Origin: Naegleria gruberi | Taxonomy: Eukaryota | Assembly: GCA_000004985.1 (NCBI GenBank) | Contig: GG738868.1 | DNA length: 64,000 nucleotides | Direction: 5' to 3' (one strand) | Part shown: positions 19,267 to 29,718 of the stretch, piece by piece | How the letters are laid out: each line of letters begins with the position of its first letter | How positions within the stretch are numbered: position 1 is the stretch's first letter | Position numbers and translations under genes: made by a program | The notes under the pieces: generated by a model | Told to the model about the DNA's origin: nothing | The model's input: only the letters and a program-made list of their open reading frames with translations | The model's database searches: none

Positions 19267-20868
19267 TTATTGTTGATAGTTTGTGTGGTATGGTTGAGAA
19301 TATTGAGGATTATACTGTTGTGGAGGTTGTTGGTATTGATGTTGATATTGTTGTGGAGGTTGTTGATATTGGTGATTTCTTTCTTCTTCCAATATTTTTC
19401 TTGCTTGGCTATCATAAACACTGATTGGGATTGGAGGTAAATTATAAGCCACACCTTTATCTAAGGTTGGATACAGACCCATACTGTTATCATCTTTGTA
19501 TTCATAGATGTCTGTGGATTCTTGTTCTGGAGGGGCTGATCCTTCCAACATATTCATTTGTTCATTATGTTCTTCGTTAGGTCTGAATTCTTCGAATTGG
19601 GATTGATTTCTTCTGAGTGGTTGTTGTTCTGGCTGAGATTGAGATTGTTGCAGGGATTGTGCGTATGGATGAACATAAGGTTGAGAATAGTTTGGTTGTT
19701 GGAATTGATTTGGAGTTTGTTGAGGAGGTTGTTGGAATTGATTCACAACTGGTTGTTGAGGAGAATTATTTACAAATGGAGAAGCTGCAGTAACAGGTTG
19801 ATTGAGCGGTTGAGTGAATTGTTGAGTTTGTTGAGGTTGCATTTGTTGGAATGGTGCATGTCTAGCTCTATTGGCAACATAAACCAATTGTTCATAATCA
19901 AGATCAGTAGCCATACTTATTTTACCTGTTAATTTCAATAAGTAATTTACATTTACAAGAGTGCCCATCTTTTGATGTGTGAACACACTTTCAACGCAAA
20001 AATCAGGAACCTTAACACCAGTTTGAGGATTAAAAGTGATAACCTTTCTTTCTTTTGATTTTAATTCACCTAAAATAATTTTCTTAATAACATAAACATC
20101 ACTCTTAAGTGGCTCCTTATAACCTTGTCTCATACAATCAACTCTTTGAATAAAGCTCAATTCACAATCTGTAGCAGTTTTCTGAGAATTATTTTCAATT
20201 GTCATTTGTCCAAGAAGAGAGTCTCCAGTTAAGAAAACTCTAGTAGGAAATTGGATTGTTGTTGTAATACCACCACTTGCAAACATAAATGTTTTAACTT
20301 TAGAATCAGTATATGGAACAGTATTATTTCCGAGAAATGATGGTGTCATCAAACTTCCTCCGATTGGAACAGCAGCTGATGAAATCAAGTTGCCAACAGA
20401 CTTATCTGTGTTGAGGCAGGTACATCTTAATTCGTAATCAATAGATGGCAAACCATAATTACTCTTACTACCACTGATAGCATTCATATTAGTCTTATAT
20501 GTTGGAGGTAAGAAATCAGGCAAAGGAATATCAAAATCATATCTATATACACCAGGTTGAAGAATTGTATTAGTTTTCTTTGAAAGTAAGCCAAAGAATT
20601 GTTTTTCTTCAGTCTTGGAAGAACCCTTTCCTTCTAATTTTGTCGTATGTTCATAGAAGATATTAGTAACACGTCTGTTAGAATTTGTCTTTAAAGCTTC
20701 TTGTAAATTTCTTGTATAATATTCTCTTCCGAAAATATCAATCTTTACACCAAGAATACCCATCTGTGCTGGTATCCTCAATTCTGCATATCCAATCACT
20801 CTCTCCCCAGAAAAGAACAATTTGGTTGGGAAGAAAATTAGCAACTCGGCTCTGTGCATCTCGTTCAT
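19267..20868 (-). CDS. Arrestin-domain-containing protein (ARRDC-like) with Gln/Pro-rich C-terminal tail
   Basis: ATG at 20868. Arrestin N/C-domain-like beta-sandwich region (ELRIPAQMGILGVKIDIFGREYY...; ..VYVIKKIILGELKSKERKVITFNPQTGVKVPDFCVESVFTHQKMGTLVNVNYLLKL..). Then a Q/P-rich low-complexity tail with PPxY-like motifs (QPPQQYQHQYQQPPQQYNPQY). Confidence 0.5.
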   Translation of the reverse strand: MNEMHRAELLIFFPTKLFFSGERVIGYAELRIPAQMGILGVKIDIFGREYYTRNLQEALKTNSNRRVTNIFYEHTTKLEGKGSSKTEEKQFFGLLSKKTNTILQPGVYRYDFDIPLPDFLPPTYKTNMNAISGSKSNYGLPSIDYELRCTCLNTDKSVGNLISSAAVPIGGSLMTPSFLGNNTVPYTDSKVKTFMFASGGITTTIQFPTRVFLTGDSLLGQMTIENNSQKTATDCELSFIQRVDCMRQGYKEPLKSDVYVIKKIILGELKSKERKVITFNPQTGVKVPDFCVESVFTHQKMGTLVNVNYLLKLTGKISMATDLDYEQLVYVANRARHAPFQQMQPQQTQQFTQPLNQPVTAASPFVNNSPQQPVVNQFQQPPQQTPNQFQQPNYSQPYVHPYAQSLQQSQSQPEQQPLRRNQSQFEEFRPNEEHNEQMNMLEGSAPPEQESTDIYEYKDDNSMGLYPTLDKGVAYNLPPIPISVYDSQARKILEEERNHQYQQPPQQYQHQYQQPPQQYNPQYSQPYHTNYQQ

Positions 20869-21275
20869 TGTTGTGTGGTGCGATTATTTTTTTTAAATGA
20901 AAATCCAAAAGGCGAAATCAACTCCTTTATGAACACTTCATCTTCGATTCTTCTCTTTTTCCAACGTTGAATTAGAAGCAAGCAAAAGGAATCGGAGACT
21001 CAAGTTTGAAATTCTCCCTTGTTTCAATTGAATAAACAAAGATGAATAGAGATGGTGGGCTACTGCTCCCGTTTCAAGTATTGTGTTCATTAAGTCTTCA
21101 ATAGAGATTGAAGACGTCACAGTGTTAATAAAACAATGTTGCCATAAACTTCTTGTACCTTACGACAATCTAATTGTTTACTTCCCAACTTTGTTTCTTG
21201 CAAATTCAAACAAATAAATCGATGTGAAACAAATTAAAATCGAAAAGAAAATAATTTATTGCAGTACGTGAAAAA

Positions 21276-23661
21276 ATGTCAACACCAGATTTATGTTCCA
21301 TTCAGTTCAACAAGGAGCTGACGGAAAATCTACTCACAATAAATTCGTCTCCAATAAATCTAGAAAATGCTTCCTTGAAAGAATGTTTTGAACCCTATAG
21401 AAATTGTTTGAAATTAGCCCAGTTGTGGATTTTACAAGATTTAAAGAAAAGACAAGAAAACGAAAGGAGAAGAATTAAAGAAATGAAAGATGCCGATCCG
21501 AAAAAGTGGGCAGAATGGACAAAAGATTTGCCTTTCGAAGTCAAATGTGAAATTATTTCGTTTGTTCCAACGTTTAGTCCAACGAGATTTGTTAATGATT
21601 CTCAGTTTTTGAGTGTAGATCAATTAATGCCAGATCCATTTTTTGTTTCGTATTTGAAACATAGATTGGTTTCGAGAAATGTGAAAAGATATTTAGAAAG
21701 TTTGATATTTGAGAAAATGTCTAGAGATTGTGTCGATTTATCCAAATTCTATTGGAATGTTTCTCCTCTCACTAAATTCAATAGAACAAATCTGATTCTT
21801 GCTTTATTGCGAGGAAATGAACAACATATGACAAATGATGGTTCAGTAGAATTAAATTTTCAACCTACAAACTTGGTTAGTTTTGAAGATGATCTTCCAA
21901 TGATGGAAAAGTTATTTCCAAGAGATGAAAAATTGGAGTTTTATGAGGAATCAAATTTAGATTATAGCATGTTGGAGGTATGCAAGTCAATTTCTGGAGA
22001 GGAAGAATTAAAATTAGAGAAGCAAATTGTGGATGAAATGCCAAATGAAAGGAAACAAATGAAAGTTAAATTTCAATCCGAAACTGAAAAAGATTTGAGT
22101 GATTTAAAAATATTAGCAATGCAAAATACCGAGAGAAATGATATTCACACAGCCTTTTCATATGAGGCACCTTTTTTCCGTTACGAGCAACAAGAGAAAC
22201 TGGAGGAGTTCAATAAGGAGGATTCAAATTTCACAAATTATTTTGTGAAAAGAGTACGCTTATCCTTCTTTAGTACACTTGGAATGTTTAACTCTGTCCC
22301 TAGTCTCTTGTTGATTGTTTCCAGATTGAAAAATCTTCAAGAATTAGAAATTGAGGTGGTTTCTTTCATTTCTCTAATTGAATTTATGCGTGGATTGAGT
22401 AAGGATACTTTCTCAGATTTGAAATCGCTCAGAATTTATTGTCATGCTTATCTTTCTGCTTTTGTTAGACATTTTATCAAAACAGAAATAGCAAAGAATG
22501 TGTACTTGACTGCTTTGATAGATAGTCCGAATGATCTGCAACATTTGACTTCCTATTACAATGTATATTTGAACAATGAATTAGTGGATGGACAAATTTA
22601 CGACTCTAATCGTCCCAATTTATTTATTGAACCGTTTACAATGAGTGATGTTAAATCTCTTGATGATCCAATTACAACCAGATTACTGGCCTATATTACA
22701 GCTCCAGAATTTAATCTCTATAACATTCATGAGAAAAAGGAAATGATAGAAATTATAACAAAGCGTTATCCACTCACTAGTAAGTATTTCATCTTTATTC
22801 TTCAATGTTTCATTCCATTAATTAGTGTGTTCTCAATCAATGTTTAGCAATATAACCAATCATTTCCCAATTTCTGTGGCCCTCCTTCAATACATGATCT
22901 ATCTGAGTAATATCCATCATGATGGTATAATTTTCTCATCTCTTCCAAATAATTTCACTGAGGAATGCATCCTATTCATGATACACAGTGGATGGAATAT
23001 GACCAATAATTTTATGCAAGTCGTTGGAAACCTTGGACCTTCTACAACTGAAATTGTTCTCAAACATTTGTCTAAATTAATTGAGGAGAAAGTATTCAAG
23101 ATTGACATTGTTAAAGCTAGAACATTTCTCCTTACTGTAATGAGCGAAAAGTACTGCAGATTATTGAGATTTATTTGTGAACATTGTAATGAGGAAGAAA
23201 AAATCTATCTCTTTAGTTCTGTCAGATATTTCGAAACCTCAATCTCGTATTATGAAACCACTATTTTCAATCATATGATTAACAATTGTAGAGATCTAGT
23301 TATACCATACATTCTGCCACACATTCCTCCATCTTGCTTATTGGAAAAATCAACAAGAAAGACAAAAACCAGTGACAGATACTTCACATCTCTTCATTAT
23401 GCTATTTGCAACTCAAATATTAGTACTCAATCGATTGCGAAAATTGTAGAATGTCAGCCATCCTTAATTGAAATGCCAGATAATGAGGGAATCACTCCTC
23501 TTCATTTGATTGCTATCAATATTAACAGATGGTCTCTTGTTGAAGTTTGGAAGACATATGGAGTTGATTTGAATGTAAAAAGCAGTAGAGGACTAACTCC
23601 ACTAGATTATGCCAAAATGGAATATCCAAAATATGCATTAATATTTGAGGAACAATTATAA
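21276..23661 (+). CDS. Ankyrin-repeat protein, 2 exons: 21276..22779, 46-nt intron 22780..22825 (GTAAGT...TTAATTAG), exon 2 22826..23661
   Basis: ATG at 21276. The two track ORFs overlap in different frames. A GTAAGT donor after ..RYPLT and an AG acceptor restore the frame (..PLT|M|CSQSMF..). C-terminal ankyrin repeats (..SLHYAICNSN..GITPLHLIAIN..GLTPLDYAK..). Confidence 0.6.
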
Positions 23662-23835
23662 GCCTCTCAATATTCCTCTTCCAAATCTTTCACATTTCGT
23701 CCTTTCCAACACTCATCTAATGACTCACAATAATTATTGTAAATTCAATCTCTGCATAATTCAATACATAATACTCCTTGTACTTTTTTCGAAAAAATCG
23801 TTCGGAATAAAAAATTGAAAGGAAAATTAAAAAAA

Positions 23836-24871
23836 ATGCCATCATATAAAACACAGTACAGTGGTTACTCTGTCGAGTTTTCTCCATTCGAAGATGATAA
23901 ATTGGGTGTTGCTACAAGTCAACATTTTGGAATTGCCGGACAAGGTAGACAATATGTTTTACAAAATGATCGTGATTCGCAAACTATGAAAAAATTACAT
24001 ACTTTTGATAGTGCTGATGGATTGTATGATTGTACTTGGAATGAAGAAAATGAAAATCAAATTATTAGTTGTTCGGGAGATGGAAGTATAAAAGTTTTTG
24101 ATACCACAACTGCTTCGGGAGGTGAGGGAGCTCCTGTGATGAATTTTGCTGAACATTCTAAGGAAGTTTACTCTGTAGATTATAATACTGTGAATAAGGA
24201 TTGTTTTGTTAGTGGTTCTTGGGATAATACTATCAAGTTGTGGAATTTGAGTGGTGGTAATGGTAGTTCAATGGAAACTTTTGATGAACATCGTTATTGT
24301 GTATATTCTACAATTTTTTCTCCGATTAATGGTGATCACTTTATGAGTTGCAGTGGTGATATGACCATGAAAATTTGGGATATTCATGATATTTCTAGTT
24401 TACAATCAGCTCAAGTTCACAATTATGAAGTTTTGGCATGTGATTGGAATAAGTTTAATGAACATATTGTTTGTACAGGATCAGTAGATAAAACCATCAA
24501 AGTATGGGATTTGAGAAATTTAAATCAGCATAGATCAGGAGCTATCATGGGTAGTGGATCATCTTCAAATCAAGATTCATCAATTTGTACTTTAACTGGA
24601 CATGGATTTGCTATTAGACGTCTCAAATTCTCACCACACGATGAAAATATAATTGGTAGTGTAAGCTATGACATGTCATTGTGTATTTGGGATACTGAAC
24701 AGGGAAGTGATAATGCACTGTTGGAAAAATACGAACACCACTCTGAATTTGTTGTTGGTATTGATTTTAACTTGGAAATGGAGGATGAAATTGCTAGTTG
24801 CAGTTGGGATGAAACTGTCTATGTTTGGATGAGAGGAGAAGAACCAGTTCCAACACACGAAGAAGATGAAA
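23836..24871 (+). CDS. PEX7: Peroxisomal targeting signal 2 receptor PEX7 (WD40), 3' end truncated by assembly gap
   Basis: ATG at 23836 (MPSYKTQYSGYSVEFSPFEDDKLGVATSQHFGIAGQGRQYVL..), the typical PEX7 N-terminus. Six WD40 blades (..SGSWDNTIKLWNL.., ..CSGDMTMKIWDIH.., ..GSVDKTIKVWDLRNL.., ..SCSWDETVYVW). The ORF runs into N's at 24872. Confidence 0.85.
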
Positions 24872-24921
24872 NNNNNNNNNNNNNNNNNNNNNNNNNNNNN
24901 NNNNNNNNNNNNNNNNNNNNN
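24872..24921. other. Assembly gap (50 N) between convergent genes PEX7 (+) and the 24934..26328 (-) gene
   Basis: A run of 50 'n' characters. Confidence 0.95.
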
Positions 24922-24933
24922 AATCTTTTCTTT

Positions 24934-26328
24934 TTACATGAACTCTTCCATATTCTCCTTATTTTCTTGTTGGAAACTCATATAATAGGGCAACCAATTT
25001 TTCAGAATTGCTATTACTTGTTGGTTTGAGGTATCAAAGATACCACTCGAAACATAATCTATCAAAACTGCAGCTAAGAAAAACCCAGATCCCAACAATT
25101 TTGAACCATCACCCCAATGAAGAAATTTTACCTTCAAATCCCCTTCTTTTGTTAAAAATCCATCCAAATCGTAAATTTTAAGTAACAATTCACCAAACAC
25201 TGATCTAATGTCTCTAATGAGAGAATAATTTCCCTTTTCATCTTGAAATAAATCTCCAACATATGTCAAATCTTTATCTACCAATGCTCTAATATCTGAA
25301 TCGCTTAAATGTAAGCCATACACTAATGCATCATGGACTTTTTTGTTTTTTTTTTGTTGAGTTGTGTTATGTATTGACACTCCTACAGAACTCTTCTTAT
25401 ATGCCCTTTTTTTTCTATCTTTAAATAGAGTTTTCAAATCAAATTGTTTCTCATCTCCATATACAATTGAAACAAAATATCCTCCTTTAGTTGACAACAG
25501 ACATTTCTTGATTTTAGGATCATCAATTTTTTGAGAAACAGAGCGAGCTATTTCAGACTTATTCAATTTTAGAAATTCAGTTTCTCCACTTTCTAATTTT
25601 TCATCAATTGTTTCAACAATTAACTTTTTCAATTCAGTGGTAAAATAATTGGGAACTCGTTTGAATTCAGGTTTTTCGTGTAGTTTTCGTTCCTTGTATT
25701 GCTCTACTGTTTCCAACTCAATACCTTTCCGTAACTTTTCTTGCCCATTTTGAGGAAGATATAATCCTCTATTCCTTTTAGAATAACCTAAAGTTTCATC
25801 TTTTAAATATTGTTGTTGAGATTTTGCACCTTCCATTCTTGAATTATTTAATTGCTTATTCCATTCCTCTACGGATAGAACAACATAATTTTCATCAGAT
25901 TTTAAAATTGAAATCATCTGATCACGAAGTCCTTTTTCCTCAATGAATTTCCAAAGTTTTTCACAAATAGCCAATTTACCATTTACTGAATATTCCGAAA
26001 GCTTTGATGTTCCATTACATAATTTCACATGATTTTTAATTGGCCATCCTTCAATAATATACACAGAATTTTCATTCTTGCTAAAAGTGATGTTGTGATT
26101 GTCATATCTTTCATGTATCATGGTTAAATGATGTGAATTATTTAAATTATTATTGTTCAGTTCCGAAACACACTTTCCGTGTGTGCTGGCAAAATTGGCT
26201 GATGATACATATACATCATGTAAAGAACAATGTCTCAACAAGCTTTTTCCACAGTTACATTTATTTTTACCGATAAGAAACTCACTATGATTAATATCCA
26301 CACTACAACGATATGATGGTCTGTTCAT
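24934..26328 (-). CDS. Hypothetical 464-aa protein (Cys/His-containing N-terminal region; Lys-rich); function unknown
   Basis: ATG at 26328. Stop at 24936-24934, immediately next to the gap. No family recognised. Confidence 0.45.
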   Translation of the reverse strand: MNRPSYRCSVDINHSEFLIGKNKCNCGKSLLRHCSLHDVYVSSANFASTHGKCVSELNNNNLNNSHHLTMIHERYDNHNITFSKNENSVYIIEGWPIKNHVKLCNGTSKLSEYSVNGKLAICEKLWKFIEEKGLRDQMISILKSDENYVVLSVEEWNKQLNNSRMEGAKSQQQYLKDETLGYSKRNRGLYLPQNGQEKLRKGIELETVEQYKERKLHEKPEFKRVPNYFTTELKKLIVETIDEKLESGETEFLKLNKSEIARSVSQKIDDPKIKKCLLSTKGGYFVSIVYGDEKQFDLKTLFKDRKKRAYKKSSVGVSIHNTTQQKKNKKVHDALVYGLHLSDSDIRALVDKDLTYVGDLFQDEKGNYSLIRDIRSVFGELLLKIYDLDGFLTKEGDLKVKFLHWGDGSKLLGSGFFLAAVLIDYVSSGIFDTSNQQVIAILKNWLPYYMSFQQENKENMEEFM

Positions 26329-26673
26329 TTTCCAAAATTTTTTTGAATTATTTTTTTTTATTGAATTTTTTAAAATGGAAGTATGAGTGGTATGAGTGCG
26401 ACTGAGTCAGGTGGAGAAGATAACGTACCCGAGAACTCCTAATAAAAATAAAAAATTCATATTTTTTAAAAACCAAAAGCAAACAAAAAAATTTAAACCA
26501 CAAAATTTGCAGATGTGATTTTAACATCATGTTGAGTAATGATGACAACTTTATAATATGAAATCCAACAATATCTGTTTATACTCCAAAAATTAAAACG
26601 CAATGATAGGCCTGACATTCACCTAAAATTCTTCCACAAGAGAATTTAATCACTTGTATGATAACAATACTTT

Positions 26674-28392
26674 TTATAGGTCAGAATTTCTACTTCCAAA
26701 ATCAGAGTACGATTGAGATCGTTGTCTTCCTTGCACTTGTTTCACTGCATCTTTCTGGAATCTACTAATCATGAAACTTTTAGGTTGACCAGTAGATAAT
26801 ATACTATTTCTAGGTGATGTTGGTTTAGCAGATGTTGGTGAGCTTGGTGACGAACTTCTCCTTAATAAATTTTCAATAATTTCATCTTCGTCAATTGTTT
26901 TGGGTTGTTGTAAATCTTTCACTATCTGAAGGAAGCTATCAAATTCAGTTTCTAATACTTGTCTTCTCTCCTCTGTTTTATATACAATGCCATCGTAGGC
27001 AACTCTGAAAATTTCTAATTGTTTATCCTTCTCCCTTAATAGTCGATTATATTGTTTCTCTTGTTCATTGTAAAATGAATCAAACTCTTCCTCCTCACTA
27101 TCATATTTGGTTAATCTTTGATATTCCATTCTCAAATGTTCTTTTTCAAAATCTCTCTTCATGGATTTTCTGAGTTCAATCTTGGTTGTTGTTTCATCTT
27201 CCAGCTTGTGCACTAGTTTTTTGGAACAGTCAACCAATTCTTTCATGTTTGAAATTTGTTCAAAATATAAATCTTTCAAAGTATCCAAATTTGGCTGTAA
27301 TGCCTCCATTCTTTTCCTAAGAATTTGAACTTCCTTCTCTAACTCCTTCTCTCTGAAATTTACTGGTGTTTCTTTCATTGATTCAACAGACGTCTTGTCA
27401 AATGAATTTCCACTTATTGAATTTCTATAAAAGTGAATATCTAATTCTCTAGATAAAACCTTCTTTTGTGTTGCAAGTTTTTGCTTTTCCAACTTGAAAA
27501 CTTCTTCATTCTTTTTTCCTCGTTTGTTTTCCTCAATCATGTCTCTATATTCCAATTGTTGAATGGTAATGTCACCCTTCAACCGCTGAATTTCTTTCTG
27601 CCTTTCTATTTCTTGATGTTTAAGAGCTACATTTCGTTCTCGAAATATTTTCACTTCGTGCTTTAGTTTTTCATTTTCTTCAAGTAAATCAGAAAATGAC
27701 AGCGCATCCTCTTCAATCTGCCTTTTCATAACCACAATCTGACCTTTCAGAGTTTCATTCTCAGTTTCTGCCGATTCTCTTAGTGAAATTTCCATATCTA
27801 TTTCTATTTGTTGTGAAGTAATAATTTCTTGAAGTTCTGAAAAGGCTTCTTGAACTCCTTCCTGAATTGATTGAGTAGCTTCTGTTATTCTAGTTTCTAT
27901 TGATTCTTCCATAAGTCTTAGTGATTTTTCATGCTTTTCTTTGAGAGTTTGTAATTGATCGTGAGTTGAATTACAGTTTTCAATCAAGGTTTGCATTGGC
28001 GTTATTTCATGATGATGACTTTCTTCCCTATCATTTTCCTCATCATTGCCTAGTTTTTGTTGATTATCATCTTTAACATCTTCACATGAAACTCTCAATT
28101 CCAGCATTGCCTCATCTGCATCTTGTTGATCTATTGGATTATTTTGTTTTGTTTCTGAAAATTCAGGATCAGAATAGTAATCATCATCATAATTATCCTC
28201 TATCTGAAAGGTCATTGGTGAAACAATCAAACATTCACCTTCTGGTTCTCCATCCACTCCATTTCCAAAATATTCAATTGTATATTCAACTTTATCATCA
28301 TCACTTGAAAGCCATCCATTATCCTCCACATCATACACCTCCTCTTCAGAAACAGAGTGGGGTACTAGATAAACCCCATGATCACCATTCAT
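26674..28392 (-). CDS. Coiled-coil protein (acidic N-terminus, long heptad-rich central region, Ser/Pro-rich C-terminus)
   Basis: ATG at 28392. 572 aa with strong Glu/Lys/Leu periodicity (..LQTLKEKHEKSLRLMEESIETRITEATQSIQEGVQEAFSELQEIITSQQIEIDMEISLRESAETENETLKGQIVVMKRQIEE..). Confidence 0.5.
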   Translation of the reverse strand: MNGDHGVYLVPHSVSEEEVYDVEDNGWLSSDDDKVEYTIEYFGNGVDGEPEGECLIVSPMTFQIEDNYDDDYYSDPEFSETKQNNPIDQQDADEAMLELRVSCEDVKDDNQQKLGNDEENDREESHHHEITPMQTLIENCNSTHDQLQTLKEKHEKSLRLMEESIETRITEATQSIQEGVQEAFSELQEIITSQQIEIDMEISLRESAETENETLKGQIVVMKRQIEEDALSFSDLLEENEKLKHEVKIFRERNVALKHQEIERQKEIQRLKGDITIQQLEYRDMIEENKRGKKNEEVFKLEKQKLATQKKVLSRELDIHFYRNSISGNSFDKTSVESMKETPVNFREKELEKEVQILRKRMEALQPNLDTLKDLYFEQISNMKELVDCSKKLVHKLEDETTTKIELRKSMKRDFEKEHLRMEYQRLTKYDSEEEEFDSFYNEQEKQYNRLLREKDKQLEIFRVAYDGIVYKTEERRQVLETEFDSFLQIVKDLQQPKTIDEDEIIENLLRRSSSPSSPTSAKPTSPRNSILSTGQPKSFMISRFQKDAVKQVQGRQRSQSYSDFGSRNSDL

Positions 28393-28721
28393 TCTTATGT
28401 TATTTCCTTAATACTTCTATTATATTATCTTCAAGATAACTCCCTTAACAAAAATTCCCGATTCAACACCACAACAATCTAAATGATAATGTAACGACAC
28501 TGGTGTGATCTCAGAGTGGTATATTGTGCATTCAACAATGACGCAACTTTTTTTTAATTACCACACTCAAGATCAGCTCCATAAACAGTGGATTACAGTA
28601 TGTTTGGGATCAAAGTGCTAATAATGGCTTGTTGAAACATTTGTCTCACGTATACGATATTGGGAATAGTTCTTTCAATGGCGATTGTTGTGGGTAGGTG
28701 GTTTATTGATGATGGATGGGA

Positions 28722-29648
28722 TTAGAGTTTCCATCTGGCAATAATTTCATTATTAACTCTTGCTGGATGGCTCAAATTGGCTGGAACTGGATATTTTTCA
28801 ATAAGGGTGAAACCTTGTTGTGTGAGGAGTTTTTCAACAAGTTCGAAATTTAATAGGTAAGGTGGACCAACAGTTGGATCAGTTTCAAGTTGACCATTCT
28901 TGTTATATTTGAAGAGTGGGAAAATGAGGGTAACCAGTTCAGATTGAGGATTTTCCTTACTATTCAAAAGATTTTTCATTTGTTTAGCCCAGGATTCTCT
29001 AAGAGAAAGTGGAAGAGCACACAGGAAAGTATCTTTGTTTAATTTAGTAAATTCAAATTCTCACCAACTTACAATCAAATATAATATCAAACTTTTTATC
29101 CACATTGAAAAAGTCTCCACAAACAAAGCTCACTTTTGAAACTTGTCCATATGAAAATGATTCCTTTTTCTTTAATATTCCAATATAATGTCAAATAATT
29201 TCAATTATTATTAAAATAAATCCACAAATTCGCTACATACTCCATTAGCACTTTCAACAGCAGTCTCAGAAATATCCAAACCGGTCACTGTTTCAATAGA
29301 TTTGATTCCAGACATTAAATCAGCATCATATCCATTTCCACATCCAGGAATCAACCCATGTTTCAAATCCGATCTATTATTATAAACATTCTCCACTAAA
29401 TGTCTTAAAATTGGACAGCCTTGTTTAGTGTCCCAAGGTGTTTGATTATTTTGCCACAATTCATCCCAATTCTTTCCCATCATTCCTCCATACTTTTTAA
29501 TTGTTGTTTCTTGTTCAGAGGAAGAGGCTTTAATTGTTGATGAGAATTTTCTACTATTAAAAGAATTAATATTCATCACAATGGATGATCGGATATGAAT
29601 GTCACTTCTACCACTGATCAATTTGTTTAATCTTTGCATTTTTTTCAA
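28722..29648 (-). CDS. Thiol/halide S-methyltransferase of the TPMT superfamily (HOL-like), 3 exons: 29648..29241, 29169..29073, 29032..28722; N-terminal presequence-like extension
   Basis: Exon 1: ..WDELWQNNQTPWDTKQGCPILRHLVEN..GLIPGCGNGYDADLMSGIKSIETVTGLDISETAVESANG, then GTATGT (intron 29240..29170, 71 nt). Exon 2: KKESFSYGQVSKVSFVCGDFFNVDKKFDIIFD, ending in GTAAGT (intron 29072..29033, 40 nt). Exon 3: (Y)TFLCALPLSLRESWAKQMKNLLNSKENPQSELVTLIFPL..GPPYLLNFELVEKLLTQQGF... Aligns collinearly with Arabidopsis HOL1 (..[60 protein letters not shown]..). The first ~50 aa are Ser/Arg/Lys-rich and acid-poor (possible mitochondrial targeting). Confidence 0.8.
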
Positions 29649-29718
29649 GAATATTTAATTTGTTAATAATTTTAATAAACAATTAAAATATACTACTATT
29701 GCTTAATTCCATCTCAAA

